Shown here in pieces: positions 39,877-54,057 of a DNA stretch of 64,000 nt. Position 1 is the first letter of the stretch. The number at the start of each line of letters is the position of its first letter. Under the pieces are notes generated by a model that was given only the letters and a program-made list of their open reading frames with translations, did not search any database and was not told where the DNA came from. The stretch is from positions 8,308,001 through 8,372,000 of the forward strand of contig CM120641.1 in NCBI GenBank assembly GCA_051362555.1, read 5' to 3'. This stretch comes from Lingula anatina. Taxonomy: Eukaryota > Animalia > Brachiopoda. Position numbers and translations under genes: made by a program.

Positions 39877-41703
39877 ACAACCCAGTATTGAGGCACAAAT
39901 ATTTGATTCTAATGCTATTGTTCATAAAGAATACAGTCTGGAAAGTCACCCCAGCATATTGTAATACATCCGACACTATGTGCTACCCAAGATAACCTAT
40001 GTTAGGACCAATGGACATTCAGTAGAAATGAACCGTTACCCAGATAGTATTGAACCTTTAGACTTTTGATCTTTCATGCTATTGAATCTCCTCAACAAAA
40101 GTCAGGTTAAAACTTATTAAAAAATGCTTCAAACTATCAAAGCTTGGGACCAATAAGCCTTTGAACTACAAAGATGGCCCAAGTACATCACTGAGGGCCC
40201 AGGTACATTACTGAGATTGCAGAGCTCTAAAACAACCCCAATCATTATCTGTGGTGGGTGTGCAATCTCCTGCATTGGTGTATGTACAGTAGCTGACACT
40301 AGGCCTGGACCAGACCACTAGGTCTGGATCAAGCTACCAGACAACTTATAAAACAGACTTCACTTATATATTTAGCAGCCTTCAATCTATCAGTCAGGAT
40401 TGCATTCAGACTCACACATCACACTAGCTGAGTCAATCCAACTCTGAGGAGGATTCTCACGAAAGTGCAATCAGTGGAATCAAATAATCACTGGTGAATA
40501 AGTATTGTCTCATGTCTAAACTTAAATAAAAGGTATGATACACAAGTGTGAGATTCCTCAAGCATGAGACATATCATGATGCATAAATAACAACAACAAC
40601 AACATCCTGGCATTCCTAAAGAAGGTGAGAGTTATATACACACACTAATGTTAACAGTACTTGACATGTTCACCTTAAAGGTAGATAAGATAGCTAACCT
40701 TACTCCTAATATTTGCTTCTGAACTCATTGATGTGCTCTTTTTTTGTCAGATACAGATGGTAGATCTAAAATCATAAATCTAAACAAATTAGCAAGTTTG
40801 GACTGAATAATTTTGGGATAAATGCTCAGTGCAAAAATCAGTAGAAAAATGCGATGCCATAATCTTATGTCATAGATTGTCGAGCTTGCATGGACAATGA
40901 ATGTCTCCCTGCTTGTTGTTATCAATATCTCTATCCAGTAGCCTGATTGGAGTACCATTTCTAGTCAGATGGGACCACATAAAATATCATTAAGGTCAAA
41001 TAGGAATCAATCAAAAAATGAGGGTCCTGGATCATTCCCCTGGACTAAAATCACCGTATTGGAGCCTTGTCTTTGTGAGGAATGTATGTCCATAGCCATG
41101 GCAAGAGTCAAAGGATCATATTTTAGAGATTATAGAAAATGTTTCCATGAGAGAAAATCCAGTTACTTTCTGCCTCAATCCTGCAAGCAACATGCAAGTA
41201 CACAACATGCAAAGACCAATTAAATTGCAGTTTCTAAGAAACTACAGGTGAGATAACAAAATCCTTAAAGGGGGTCATGGCAATATTAACCAAAATAAAA
41301 CCTAATGAAAACGAATTGTAATTTGTTTTGAGTTCAATTTTAAGCAAATTGACCTATACCACTGTGCAAACTGGTGTATCTCATAATACCCACAAAAACT
41401 TTTTTTTCCAAAATTTATCTAAAAAAACATTATCTTTATTTTCTCAACAAATCTGTGGCAGGTATGAAAGTGTCTACATCACCAAGATCCTTTTTAAATA
41501 TGGGAATGCACTTTGATAATTTTTTTTAATTTTTTTTACATTGTGTGCCACAATGTAAAATATAAACCTGTTGAACCAAAACCTTGACATGATAGAGGCA
41601 ATAAATAACAAGGAGAAATATCAAGTGAAAATTATCTGAATTGTATGTTTTTTCAAAAATTAAATTTCAGAAGCTTTAAATACTTATCTGATATACTGTA
41701 TCT

Positions 41704-41740
<37 letters not shown>

Positions 41741-42771
41741 CATCATCATCATCATAATTCTAAAACTGCATGTAACATATCAGAATGTTTACATTACATC
41801 TACCTTCTTCTCTAAGATACCTGTCCTTATCACTGATAATAAGGTTGGTTACAAGCTTTACAAGCTGTGGCAATTCAAATTACCTCTACATACTCCAAAT
41901 CGATATTCTGGGAGGTCACACAGTGTGGTTAAGCAATAACACACCACAATCTGAACTAAAAACCTCAAAAGCTTACTTCATTTCTTGGTAATGAAGAGAT
42001 GATTCTTGGTCTTGGGTGGCTATGCACACCATCATTTTGTTGGAATTCAATGCCAACTCGATACAAATTGTTTTGTTATCTGATAATACAGTTTGTTGTC
42101 GTGAGAAGCTATCATTCTATCAAATTACAGGTGACTAAGGGTGAAAACAACAGAAATTACTTGGAACTTAAATTCCTCAGAATACAGGATTTGCAACAAA
42201 AAGACAATTTCTAGATATCTTAACAATAGTTTGTGACAAATAAGGTAGCGACAATAAATCATCCAAGGACCCATACTAGGAACTTTGAATTCCTCAGAAA
42301 ATGGAGAATGAAAACATTTGGACACACTTTCAGATTAGCAACAACTGACCTCAACTGACAAATTATGGATTCTGAATAACAAAAGAGGGGCACTGATATC
42401 TACTGATGATCATTTAAAGTTTTTAATAGTAAAATGTACCATTTTAATCCATGTGCAGTATTTTTAAACCTTCAGTAGCAATCTTTCAACTTAGTTTCAT
42501 TCAAACAGTATTTTACTATTATAAAATTGTTGTAAACATTTTACGTATAATTTTAACCCATTGGGTATAGTAGCAATCTGATCAATAAATTTTCTCATTA
42601 TTATTAAAAATCTCAAAATTCAAAAGACCTCACAGCATGTAGAAACATAGGCCTAGCATCACCATGGTGACAGTGTCCTCCAAGGACAACATTCACTTTG
42701 AATACAAATGAGCACGCACTTAGCATGCTTATACAAGCTCAAATATCAGAACTGCTGAGATATGATTTTAC

Positions 42772-42793
42772 AAAATAAAATAAAATAAAATAA

Positions 42794-42844
<51 letters not shown>

Positions 42845-42846
42845 TA
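42772..42846. repeat. (AAAAT)n(AAT)n microsatellite
   Basis: Direct reading. Confidence 0.9.
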
Positions 42847-44142
42847 TTATTATTATAATAAAATAAATAAATATTAAATATTATATTAATAAATAGATAC
42901 CAGATTACAACCCCGCCCACCCCCCACAAAACAATAAAAATTTAATGATTTTTAAATAAAAAATTTAATAAGCAAAAAAAAAAAAAGTGAGGAGATAAAG
43001 TATGAATTACAAAGCCCCCATCCCCACCCCACCACACCATTTTTCTCAATCTGCACATCATCTCATGCCACCCGAATATGTAACTTAAATATACCAGAGT
43101 CAAAAACAACAACAAAGTCAACAACAATGATGCATATAAATATATTACTATAGGATAGTTATCCTACATCTTATTTGAAACACATCTGCATTTCAATGCA
43201 TCTATCATTACCAGCGATCAAAGAACCAGCAATTAACTGGGTCTTCTCAGGTAACAATGAAAGAGTTATGACCCTAATTGAACTCGTTAAGATTTTGTAC
43301 TAGTCACAAGATGAGTCGCCCACTGTATGCGATATAAAAAAGTAATTATTGAGGTGTAGCTCTTGTTTATGGCATACAGTGGGTGATGTGTGCTCGTAAC
43401 AGACTTACATGTATCTCACAGCTAGTGATTCCAACAAAATGATCATTGCAATTTAGTTTACAGGAGGGCAAAGAGGATCTTGGAAGAACTAAGATGGATT
43501 TAAATATAGGTAAATGTACACCTCTTGTAAGCAATATTGTAGTGCATTTTCCCTGTAGTTTGAAGCACCAGCCATGTGATATGGTTCAGTTACAATTCTA
43601 TAAAACAGGTAAAGCAACTAGAACTAAAATTCTTAGACTGCACCCTGAATGTGGACAGGACAATGTTTACATCAAATGGTACAGTTTGAAAACTGAACTG
43701 TTTGAAATGAAAAGTGTCAGTTACACTGTGTCTAACAGGGAACAATGCAGTATTAGCATTAAAAAAAAAAAGAACAGTTCAGTATGATGTTTCTAATGCC
43801 CAATAAAATTTGCATCTGACCATACAACATGTGAACATGTCTGTCAACAATGACAATTGCCAGAGAGGGAGATTCTCCAACCCCAACACAAGCGCACACA
43901 CACACGTCATCATACTTTCTAACGATTGGCAAGAGAGAAAAGTCTGATAGATCAGTAGATTTTTGGTCTGAATTGGGAGATTAGGAGATATGTCCCTAAA
44001 TCAGGAGACTCCTGATGAGATCAGGAGTGTTGACAGGTCTGTATGAAGAGTAACAGTAAGAAAGCTTTGTATTCATTGTAATGTGGCAGTTCAAGATACT
44101 CTCTACAAGCATGCCAATGATAAAAATCATCTTAATTTTTCG

Positions 44143-44232
44143 TAAATGAAATATGACAACTAAATATCAATTTTACCCATAACTGAATAAATGAAATATG
44201 CCAACTAAATATCAATTTTACCCATAACTGAA
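44143..44232. repeat. 45-bp tandem duplication
   Basis: TAAATGAAATATG(A/C)CAACTAAATATCAATTTTACCCATAACTGAA x2. Confidence 0.9.
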
Positions 44233-45512
44233 TTAATCTTTAATTGCCATGTCAGATTCTGTTCTCAAGATATGTTATTTCCATTCAAAACAATTTAAAA
44301 CACCAATAAGAAATTCTCATTTTTATTTTTCCCTTAGATTATAAACCAATTTTCATCTATCCTTGTCAGTTACATCATAACATGCTTATAGTTTTCACAA
44401 ATAAAATCTTACTGGCAAGAACACAAGCTGCATTAATCATTTACAATTCTCCCCACTTTATTTTCATACAGCTAAAATGGAACATAAGTTCCAATACCTG
44501 TGCTGCTAAAAAATAGAAATACATTAATCAAATTAGGACTGATCCCTAGTATTGGGTATGCTGATTATGTAAGTTGGGCCAATGACCAAATCTATGAAAA
44601 CGGGATCCACTTTTCATTTCTGACCTGGTTTCCATGACATATTGATTAACAGCAACTTACCTTGACTCTGGGCAAGAAAAAAAGGGCAGGATCAATACTT
44701 TCCACAGAACTAGACTTCGCAGAGTCTTAGAGATTCACATCTGTGGCAAGGCAGACTATATACACACCTATTATACAACCCATGAACTAGGGATGAATGA
44801 ATGCACCAATGTGTTCCAATAACCCTAGTAAACTCTGCAAGTCCCACCCTAAAAATAAATTATTTCTGTTTGTTTTCTTTTGATTCCTCTCTCTTCAGCC
44901 TGCATTATGTGTGCATTTTCAACACACAGGCATGGATCATCTTTAAAATATCTGTCTGTCAAATCAACCATGATCTATTTAAACCAACACAAGCTAAAGG
45001 TTTATTTTACTATATATTTCTCTTCCTTTTTTCCTCTGTGCATCTTGTTCATATCACCTCAAGTTTCCATATACCTATGCAAGTACTAGACAAAAAGTGG
45101 TTTGCACATTGATTATTGCACTTTTTTCTTTTCTTTTTTTCTCAAGTTTCTCTGTGTTATGAAAAGAAATTGATCTTGAGAACTTAGGGATTCAATGCAA
45201 GCAGTTTTTCTAATGCCATGATCACACAAAGTTTTCAAAGAGATAGATTCTTTTTATAGACTTGTAATTGTCTCTGCAAGAACCATTGAACATTGTGAAA
45301 AAACTGTATGTGCTTGGCGGAATTTAGTTTCTGAGACACATAATTACATGCTTACACTGCATGCCCTGAAACAACATGGTGAACATAAAGCAATACTTTC
45401 CAAGAGACTGTGCATGTATATTAAGTAAATAAGTGATGTGACTGGACTTGTTAATACATGAAAAATAATTTTTTTAACATGGTAAACCATACCACAAAAT
45501 TTTGACATCTTT

Positions 45513-45713
45513 GGTCAGATTTAGATACACACATTGTACTAGTTAGGTAGGTCCAACTCTACAGGAGATTCTCCTGAAAGTGCAATTAGCAGATTAAGCT
45601 TAATCAGTACACAATAGTTAATTACCCCCTAGTTGCTCGAGAAAGCATGTTAGACAATCTCCTGCAGACTAAGACCGACCCAGCTAGTATGATGTGTGAA
45701 TCTGAATGTGGTC
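45513..45713. mobile_element. Diverged fold-back element (family A relative)
   Basis: Outer ~50-bp arms are inverted; carries TAGTTAATTACCCCC at 45615-45629. Confidence 0.6.
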
Positions 45714-45966
45714 TTTATCATGGCAAGCATTTTTCAAAATGGGATCAGAAGCAAATTTTAAACAAATGACATTTCTGTACAATGCTTAACATAATCCCAC
45801 AACAACATAAATTATTACGGCTTCTGATAAATAATCCAAGGAAGATAACACAGCTAATCAAAAAGTGATATGAAATTTCACTTTATGAAACCCTCAACTG
45901 CAATCTACAAGTAATAACCCTACTTGGAGAAAATTTATTGCAATACCTATATCCTTACTTCACTAA

Positions 45967-46181
45967 GACCCCATTCCCAGAGATTAGATCGATCCAAACT
46001 AGATCGACCTAACTGACTGGGGGTTCACGCTAAATAGCTTTCTGCCGAGCGGGCACGAAAGTTAATTACCCCCTTACAGCTGGTAGTAGGCGGGACGGAC
46101 ATTTAAGCCGGATTATCCGACAGTAATCTAGTGAGACTCCCCACGGGGACAGATCGATCTAAAATCTATGGGAATACGCCC
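45967..46181. mobile_element. PIF/Harbinger-like MITE (family A), copy 2, inverted
   Basis: 215 bp flanked by a TAA...TAA target-site duplication. Confidence 0.85.
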
Positions 46182-49100
46182 TAAGATAAATCGAATGGAG
46201 GTGATTTTGCCACAGGGCTGCTGAAGGTGCATTTACAGTCACAGCCTTTTTAACTCAATTACTTACAATCTCAGCATACTGTGTAATAATGTTCCTTAGC
46301 CATCAACCCGTCCTGTTCACCTTTAATTAAGCCCCATATGCCTGCCATTGCCCAGTGGTGGGAGCAGAGAAAATGAAGTATATATAGGAGCAAGCTCACT
46401 TAGTTAATTTGGACACAAAAACTCTGAGTGACCTCAAAATTTACAGATCATCAGCATGCTTAAATTTGAAATTTACACTAATGGCTAAAAACTACTTGGT
46501 TTTAGGATATATGCTCAAAAAGAATATTCAAGTTCTGGTCTTTTTCCCCTTGACCGACTCATAAAAATTTGTTTGACACATATTTTAATGGTATTGCAAT
46601 AAAACATAAACAACCTCGAGAAAGTTAAGTCAAAAAACCAAAATGAAAAGTCCACTGTCACAAATGTAGAACATTAATCTTATCTTTTCCAGCAGATCTG
46701 GACATTTAGATTAGATAACCTGTTGTATCACATAGTGAAATGCTACCTCTTTTAGAGCAGAGGGATGTCTATCTATTAAATCAGATCGGGACTGAAATTA
46801 ATAATATAAATGAAAAGAGTATGAACCAATGCAGATCAAGTTGTCTGTGATTTTATTTGTTGTACATACTTAAAGAAGAATCAAAAATTGCTCAGTCTAC
46901 ATAATTCTACATTAATGCATGAATGTATGTGAGTGAACATGTTTTTGCTAATGTTCAGTTAGTATTGAGGCAACATATTAAAGGGATGACAACTATTCAT
47001 TTTGGCAAAAAACGGACTTTTCAGTGGAAAATGACAAATTTCCCATACTCACCAATGGTAAATGAATCCATTCTTACATTCAAAGTAAGTCAATTTTTTT
47101 AAGTATAGCTTTTTGTAATCATCTCTAAGAAAGATTAGAAAGAACTTATCCTTGTAAGATGATCATTTTTTGTGGCACTGATTAAGGCCATATAACTATC
47201 ATTTTATGTTTTAAATTTCCTCAGGTAAGTTCAACAAGAACTTAGAATGCATTCTTAACCCTACATCGTGTGTCTTTAAGTTTGTTACCTTGCTTTGAGG
47301 TTTGAGGTAGAGTTGACGAAGGGTATAATTACTAAATAGTTCTTTGTCACAAATGTGATAACGTCAGTTTAAAAATGTGTCTGAATAATCACACTTTTAT
47401 TTGAAGCTAGAAAATTCCCAGAGCTTCAAGTCAAATAATGCTGTCCTTCCCTACACCATTCAGGCAGTACCAAACTACTAACCCTGGACCACACCAGGAA
47501 CATCTATTCAACAAAATATATATTTATAAATCATAAGATTCACCTTCCTTTGCATAATATTTCGGTCATAGGATACTTTGTGGTTTGTCCATTAGCATGA
47601 GTATGGACTTTGTATTCGGAAAAATAAATGCATTAAACTTCCCTGTGTGCATTAAAAACCTATAAATGTTAATAATATAGGGTACAATGCCAAGTCAAGT
47701 TACCCAATAAATAACAACACCATGCATTCAATAATTCGAGTGAATAAACTCCATCACACCAACTATACACTACATACCTTTCTAAACTACTGGTACTCCT
47801 GTATTTACTATTTTGGAGTTCACAAAACACTGTTGTGCAAGGGGGACTGAAAAAGAAAACTTAATCGCATGATAAAGCATCTGAGGGCAAGTGCACTTGG
47901 GAAAGCCTGTGGAAGCAGCAGGAATGCACGATGAAAGGTTATAGCACACCACCTACACACTTCACAATAATGAGCTCCAAGGACATGGCTCAAAACCCCA
48001 TAAATACTTATGAGGAAAGGTAACAGGGTTCTTCTCGTGGCTCTAGACTGGCGTTTATATCTCAAAAGATCTGTTGCTCTGCATACAGGACTTGGTAAGC
48101 ATAGCATGATCTCATCATCGGAGAATGTATATATACAGCATATAACAAAATATTATAGCTATCTGTTCATCGCAAGAAAACATTTGAACAAAAAGGTGAA
48201 TAAGATAACATTCTGTAAGCAATTAATGTGCCACTGCTCATATTGTCTTGTACATTTTTATCCTTCTTTTTTCCCTGGAACAAAGTGTAAGGAAATAGGG
48301 AGGTGAATTACCTGAAATGACCTATACCTAAGCCTATTACCTGCCACCATTCCTTTCTAAAAAACTATTTACTACAATCTCTTAGAGAAATGCAGTGGAA
48401 ATAGTAAAGAGCGAGACATTTCGTGGTGTGTTCAAATGAGGTTAAAATAAGTTAGACTAGCTGATCACAGTTAACTCTTGTCACCACATTTAATTGAATT
48501 AATTAAATGCCTGAGGTACAGCGGGGCCACTTACAACAGAAGATGAAGATTTACAAAGATCCTACAGCACCCCCAGACATTCAATTCCCTGATAAATTGA
48601 TCTGTTTTTCTTGGTGACTTATTTTAGTCTTACTAACACCATTTTAACCTTAAATATGCTTCAACATGACTTGAGTCCCAGCAGAGAGACACAGTTAAAT
48701 GCTGAAATGGCATCAGGCTACAAACAGCAACCTACCACCAGAAAAAACATTCTCTCTAACAGAAGCTGACATGTTCCATTGTGCCATCTGTAAGGAGTTA
48801 TATATTTCATAAACTTAGGGACTGCCAAACCTCTGCAGAGAATATCAGTGGGACTGCATTGCGTTCAACATGGAATACGATTATTTCCATTGATAGTTTA
48901 CAGATAACTGTAAGGCTAGTTATAAATACTTTACAAGAAGAAGAACATGCCTAGAGCTCTTTTGAATCAATCATCCTTTTTTGATGGCTTAAATTATGTG
49001 TTTGGTCAAACTTTAAAGATGAAACCTACCCAGTGACAAATAGGGCCATATCAAAAAGATACCTCAAGATAAAAAAATCCTAGTACTGCTAGTTTGGTTG

Positions 49101-51702
49101 TCATTCAGATGATACAATGTTCAGTATGGCATCCTAATATATACCTTGTCTAGTCAATCTATCTAATAAATAGTGCTCATTTAATCAGATCTGATCAGTC
49201 ATCGAAAAAAAAAATTATATGGAATATCCAATAGTATAGGTTAAATCAAAAACCAAAAACAATATACCGTGAGAACATGCAAATACAACATATTAGGAAG
49301 AGACCAACTGTAACAGGATGCCCCTACAGTATGACTCAACAACACACGGCAACTAACTACAACCAACTAGTCCATGGCATTTCCATAACACGCCCATACT
49401 GTGATAATACAGGTCAATACAATAACAGCGCAACATGCAGTGACAACACAGGAAGTCACCATTCACAATTTGCAACGAATCCCTCACAGTAAAATCAATG
49501 GCATCAGTCTTCCGACTCTAAAATGTCTTAGAAGATCATTATTCATTCACATTAGCCACATTCTTGAAAAGAAATCAATTCTGTAGCTCTTACTGGTCTA
49601 GAAAGCAAGATCTGGTGATATGGTGTCTCTCACTCCTTGAAAGTAAACAAAGCAGGTGAATATTTTGTCAAGACAACCCCAAAGATCAATAGGTCTATAT
49701 ACCTGTGACACAGGGAAAGAAATCAAAAACTTACAAATGTGGGGCAATGACATCATATCTGATCCTAAAAGATTTCACTAATCACATCTGCAGCAAAGGT
49801 TATAGGTGTTGAGAGGATTCTTATATGAGCATTACAGGGTCTTATTCTATACATAAAAAAGATACAATAATATATTCTAAACACATTGTTTCTGTCACCG
49901 TCTGTGTTACACCTCATCACCAAACTCATCATCATTACTCTCTGCTTAGTTTATGCTGACAGGACCTCGTTAAGGTGAAATCAGTCCTATCTTGCAAGAA
50001 CAATAACTGACAAAGGCTACGACTAATAATAAATGGTTCAAAACAAGGTGAAAGCAAACCATACTTTTTACATTTCTTCCAATATTGAATTCAATATTAG
50101 TAACAATGTGTTTACTGGAAGACAAAACGGCTTGGAAGGAAGTAGGAAATATGACAGAGTAAAAACAATCTAAATTCTCATACAAAAAAATATATCATCA
50201 AGTTATATACGGCATTTAGCATGTTGAGATAGATCATTAGAATTCTCATAAAATGACATGTCAATACTGGTTGGCAAAGCAGAATCTTAGTACCTAGTTA
50301 CTGTGGCAGGATGGCCAGTTTGCCAATATAGATATCATCTGTAAATTGTAATTCTGTAGGTTAAGACCAATACTTTATTTTCTAATATTATCTTCAAATG
50401 TGTTATCATTGAAAATATCAGGAAGATATATGTGAAATTTAACTGCAACCCATTAATGTTACGTCTTGAGACCCTTTTAACTGCCAGTACGATGAGAAAA
50501 AATGCTATCAGTTTTTTTTCTCAATGTTATAAAACCTCCTATATTAATTAGCAAACCTATTAGTACCATACTTGTTGACATAAGTGTAAAGTTATGTAAA
50601 GCTTTTTTTTATATATTTCTCTTATTACTTTAAAAATAACCATCCACTTTCAATTAGCACATCCTCACATGGCTTCTGGTTGTACAACTTGTACATGCCA
50701 AATTAATTGTTTTCCCACAGACCTCACAGCAGTTTTACTAACTGCAGCTTTGTATGATGATAAGACGCTACATATTGAAATGACAGAGCTTGTATACTAG
50801 TACACATTCACCTCTGTTTAATGGATCCCATCTTTATAATCGTACAAATAGAAAAGTTTGAACATTGTTTTCAAAATAAGTTATAATAATAAATATTAAC
50901 AAATTAATGAAACTAAATAGATGATAATGATAATAATGAACCAGTAAAACAAATTTCTTAAAACCTGATAAAACAATTAGGCTTTTGGCAACAAAGTTAT
51001 AACTTAAAATGAAATGTGCATGACAGGACATGGAAAGATAAATAAAAATATGGAATGTGATAAAAACAGTGTTCTCCTAGATTAGCACCTCCACTGACAC
51101 ATTTACAACATGGACTGAACCAGAGAAATGTACAAATACACAAATACATTGAAGTATAATTGTGCGGATGCAAAATTTTAGCATATTCATGTGTCAACAT
51201 CTATTTCTAGATTTAACTTAGACTTGTGCAAGTCATGAAATATGCAAAGCGGCTTCATCTAAAGCTCAGTGGGATGAAACAAACTGCATCCAGCAGATCC
51301 AAGACAACCACTACACCTAATCAATCAACAGAAACATCGCGTTAACTTCAAAGAAGAACCGCGCACGGCCTTTTGCGCTGCATACATGTACACGTTAGAC
51401 TCCAAGTCCAGGATTGCACAACATCAGTAACAGACCCGGCTTTAAGAGCGCTACAGTCACAAAGAATACCCTCCAACACGTAAAAGCGCCAGCTAATTAG
51501 CCACTGTTAGCTATATATCCTTTACACGGATTTTTCATGTTTGCCAATGATTTGCAGCAGTTAAAACTTAATCTCTCACTCCCTCAGTTGCCCTTTGACA
51601 GGGCGAGATGAGTCCATATATTCAAGCAGAAAAAAACAACTTCTCGGTGTTGTCTTGCTATACAGATAGTCGCGTTAAATGAAAATGATATTGGAGACTT
51701 AC

Positions 51703-52110
51703 CTTCGTTAATGAAACTAATGATACATTTGCAACCAGGAAAAAATCATATGTTTTCCTTGCTGTTTAAATTTCGTTCTCCTCCCACGCACATCGCCATT
51801 TTGGTGTCCTAATGAGGTCAGGCATTTATTCACATCTATTGTTTCGAATCTGCCTTATTCTTTTCCTGCAGCATTCAAAGTGTTTCAGTTTATAATAATT
51901 GCGAACATATTCTGATCAAAACAGCATTTTCATGATCAAACAGTTCAGACGCCAACATCCAGAGATGGCCAGATTCAGTCGTGTGAGGGCGGGATGATTC
52001 ATCAGGTCAGGTCGCCGTGATGACGTCATCTAGGGGTTTCCCCGACGTCATCAGTCGCCCAGGTGTGGGACGAAAACAAATTTACCTCGAGCAGCCCACG
52101 CCTGGCCAAA
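51703..52110 (-). promoter_or_regulatory. CpG-enriched promoter and first non-coding exon, probably of the klu-like gene
   Basis: Strong minus-strand donor AAG|GTAAGT at 51702. YY1 CGCCATTTT 51794-51802, GC box 51985-51994, AP-1-like TGATTCA 51995-52001, perfect CRE GATGACGTCATC 52019-52030, kB site GGGGTTTCCCC 52033-52043, second CRE-like site 52043-52052. I found no other minus-strand CDS between here and 18850. Confidence 0.6.
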
Positions 52111-52730
52111 CTATTCAGTTGCAGCAAAGTAGCTTGCATACTAGTAGATTGTTCGATAAGAGGCTGCTAAAAATCGAACCTGCAGGTGTAAGTTAAGAAT
52201 TTGGACTCAATAAGTTATCAATCAACGTCATGGCCCTAGTAGTTTTCCCCGATGTTAGGGCAAAAGACATGGAAAAAAGGCGTAGATGGACAACCGGATG
52301 AACGTGAATCGCCGTAAAGGTTCACTCCATAATTGTTTTCCTCGTGAATATTATTTATTTTCGTCATTATGTATTAAGCGCGAAATTAAACACCCCATTT
52401 TCAGCATTTTATCTAATTTAGCCTAATCAACTTTTTGTTGTCCTTAGGCCTATAATTTGATACCAAAAATCACACATGGCGTTCAAATGTTTAAACATAC
52501 ATGAACTATAGTTATAATTCTGAAAGGTCGACCCATAAAAGTTTTAAAAATAAATAACACAAGGAAGAACCGTAAATTTAAGACAAATAAGAGAGACAAA
52601 TGAATGTAATAGATAACAAAATAAATAAATAAATAAAAGTCAGGGTCATATTTTAATGTGTTTTAGTGCGACTTCAACAATATTTTGAAAATAAAAGCTA
52701 CAGATACAACCCACTTATAGTCAACACTTA

Positions 52731-52945
52731 GACCCCATTCCCACAGATTTTAGATCGATCTATCCCTGTGGGGAGTCTCACTAGATTACTGTCAGCTTAG
52801 CCGGCTTAAGCGTCTGTCCCGCCTACTAAAAGCTGTAAGGGGGTAATAAACTACCGTGTGCGCTCGGCTGACATCAATTTAGCGTGAACCCCCAGGGAGT
52901 TAGGTCGATCTAGATGGATAGATCTAAATCTATGGGAATGCAGTC
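52731..52945. mobile_element. PIF/Harbinger-like MITE (family A), copy 3
   Basis: 215 bp with GAC...GTC ends, flanked by TTA...TTA. Confidence 0.85.
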
Positions 52946-53807
52946 TTACATTCAACGCGTCTAGTGCGCAAAAGTAATCTCAGTACGCACAGGTTACTGT
53001 CCTCATTACAGTGTCATTAGAAGTTCATTGACACTGATGTGTGAACTTGATACCGACTGACTATCAACAATTGTCAAAGCCCAAACTATGAAGGTGCTGT
53101 GAGTAGGCAAAAGTCATTTTCCAAATATTCCCAAGTCCGGTGTAACGCTAGGGGCCTTAAAATACACAACCCAGGGGTCAGCCTTAAATTGTGTCGTTTT
53201 GATAAGAAGGAATAAGCGAAGGTATCCTTTTTATACATTGTTATCGTTTTCAACGAATGAATTTAAAATGGGTGGCATTGCGGTTTGATAGATATCACAC
53301 TTATATCTGGTGCTATTTTTATTTCAATTTCGTCAGCATCAGCATCAGTTTCGTGTATTCATCAAAGCCTGCATTTCCAGCTGTGCGGTTGGACGGGAGC
53401 ACGTGAGTTTCGAAGGACACTAGCAACTCGTCTATTATCTCTGGAAACGGCAGACATGCTAGTAGTAGAAAGGTGCGTTTCAAGTGTCCTCTAAATCGCA
53501 GGATAAACTATAATATAGGGAATAATAAATAGCAAAATAATAATAGCAAAATTATTACATGTATAATAATACATAATTAGAATTAAATTAATTATAACAT
53601 CGCATTATTTCTTGAAAATACACAGTTCGCACGGTGTTGTAAAACATACACGTTAATAGGGTGTAGTAGTACCTGTAGGCTGGCGATAAATCGTCACATA
53701 TGTTTGGGGATCTTTACTCTCAAGATATCAAACATATACAGGCTGAGAAAATTACTGGGGAAGCTTCCGAAGACCGGTGTAATGAAACTGGGGATCCGTG
53801 TAACAGA

Positions 53808-54057
53808 GACTGGGTTCCCATCCCTAGATCGATCTAACATGATCCATGGGGTTTCCATGGGGTTTCTCGCTAAATTGCTTTCAGCTTAAGCGGCTAAGAT
53901 GTCTGGCACGCCTACTTAAGTTGCTTAACGATAGTTAATTACCCTTATCAGCTTCAGGAGGCGTGACAGACATCTAAGCCGCTCAAGTTAATTGCAATTT
54001 AGCGAGAATCCTTAGGAGATAGATTGATCAGTTAGTACGATAGGTCGGGGAATGGTC
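53808..54057. mobile_element. Full-palindrome relative of family A
   Basis: Both arms pair up to a central AGTTAATTACCC loop, and the arm sequence aligns with family A. Confidence 0.7.

Noticed and set aside
19820-51200. Dozens of 60-110 aa ORFs in the ORF track
   Set aside because: Low-complexity, AT-biased translations, many with non-ATG starts, and no transposase, RT or other domain motifs seen.
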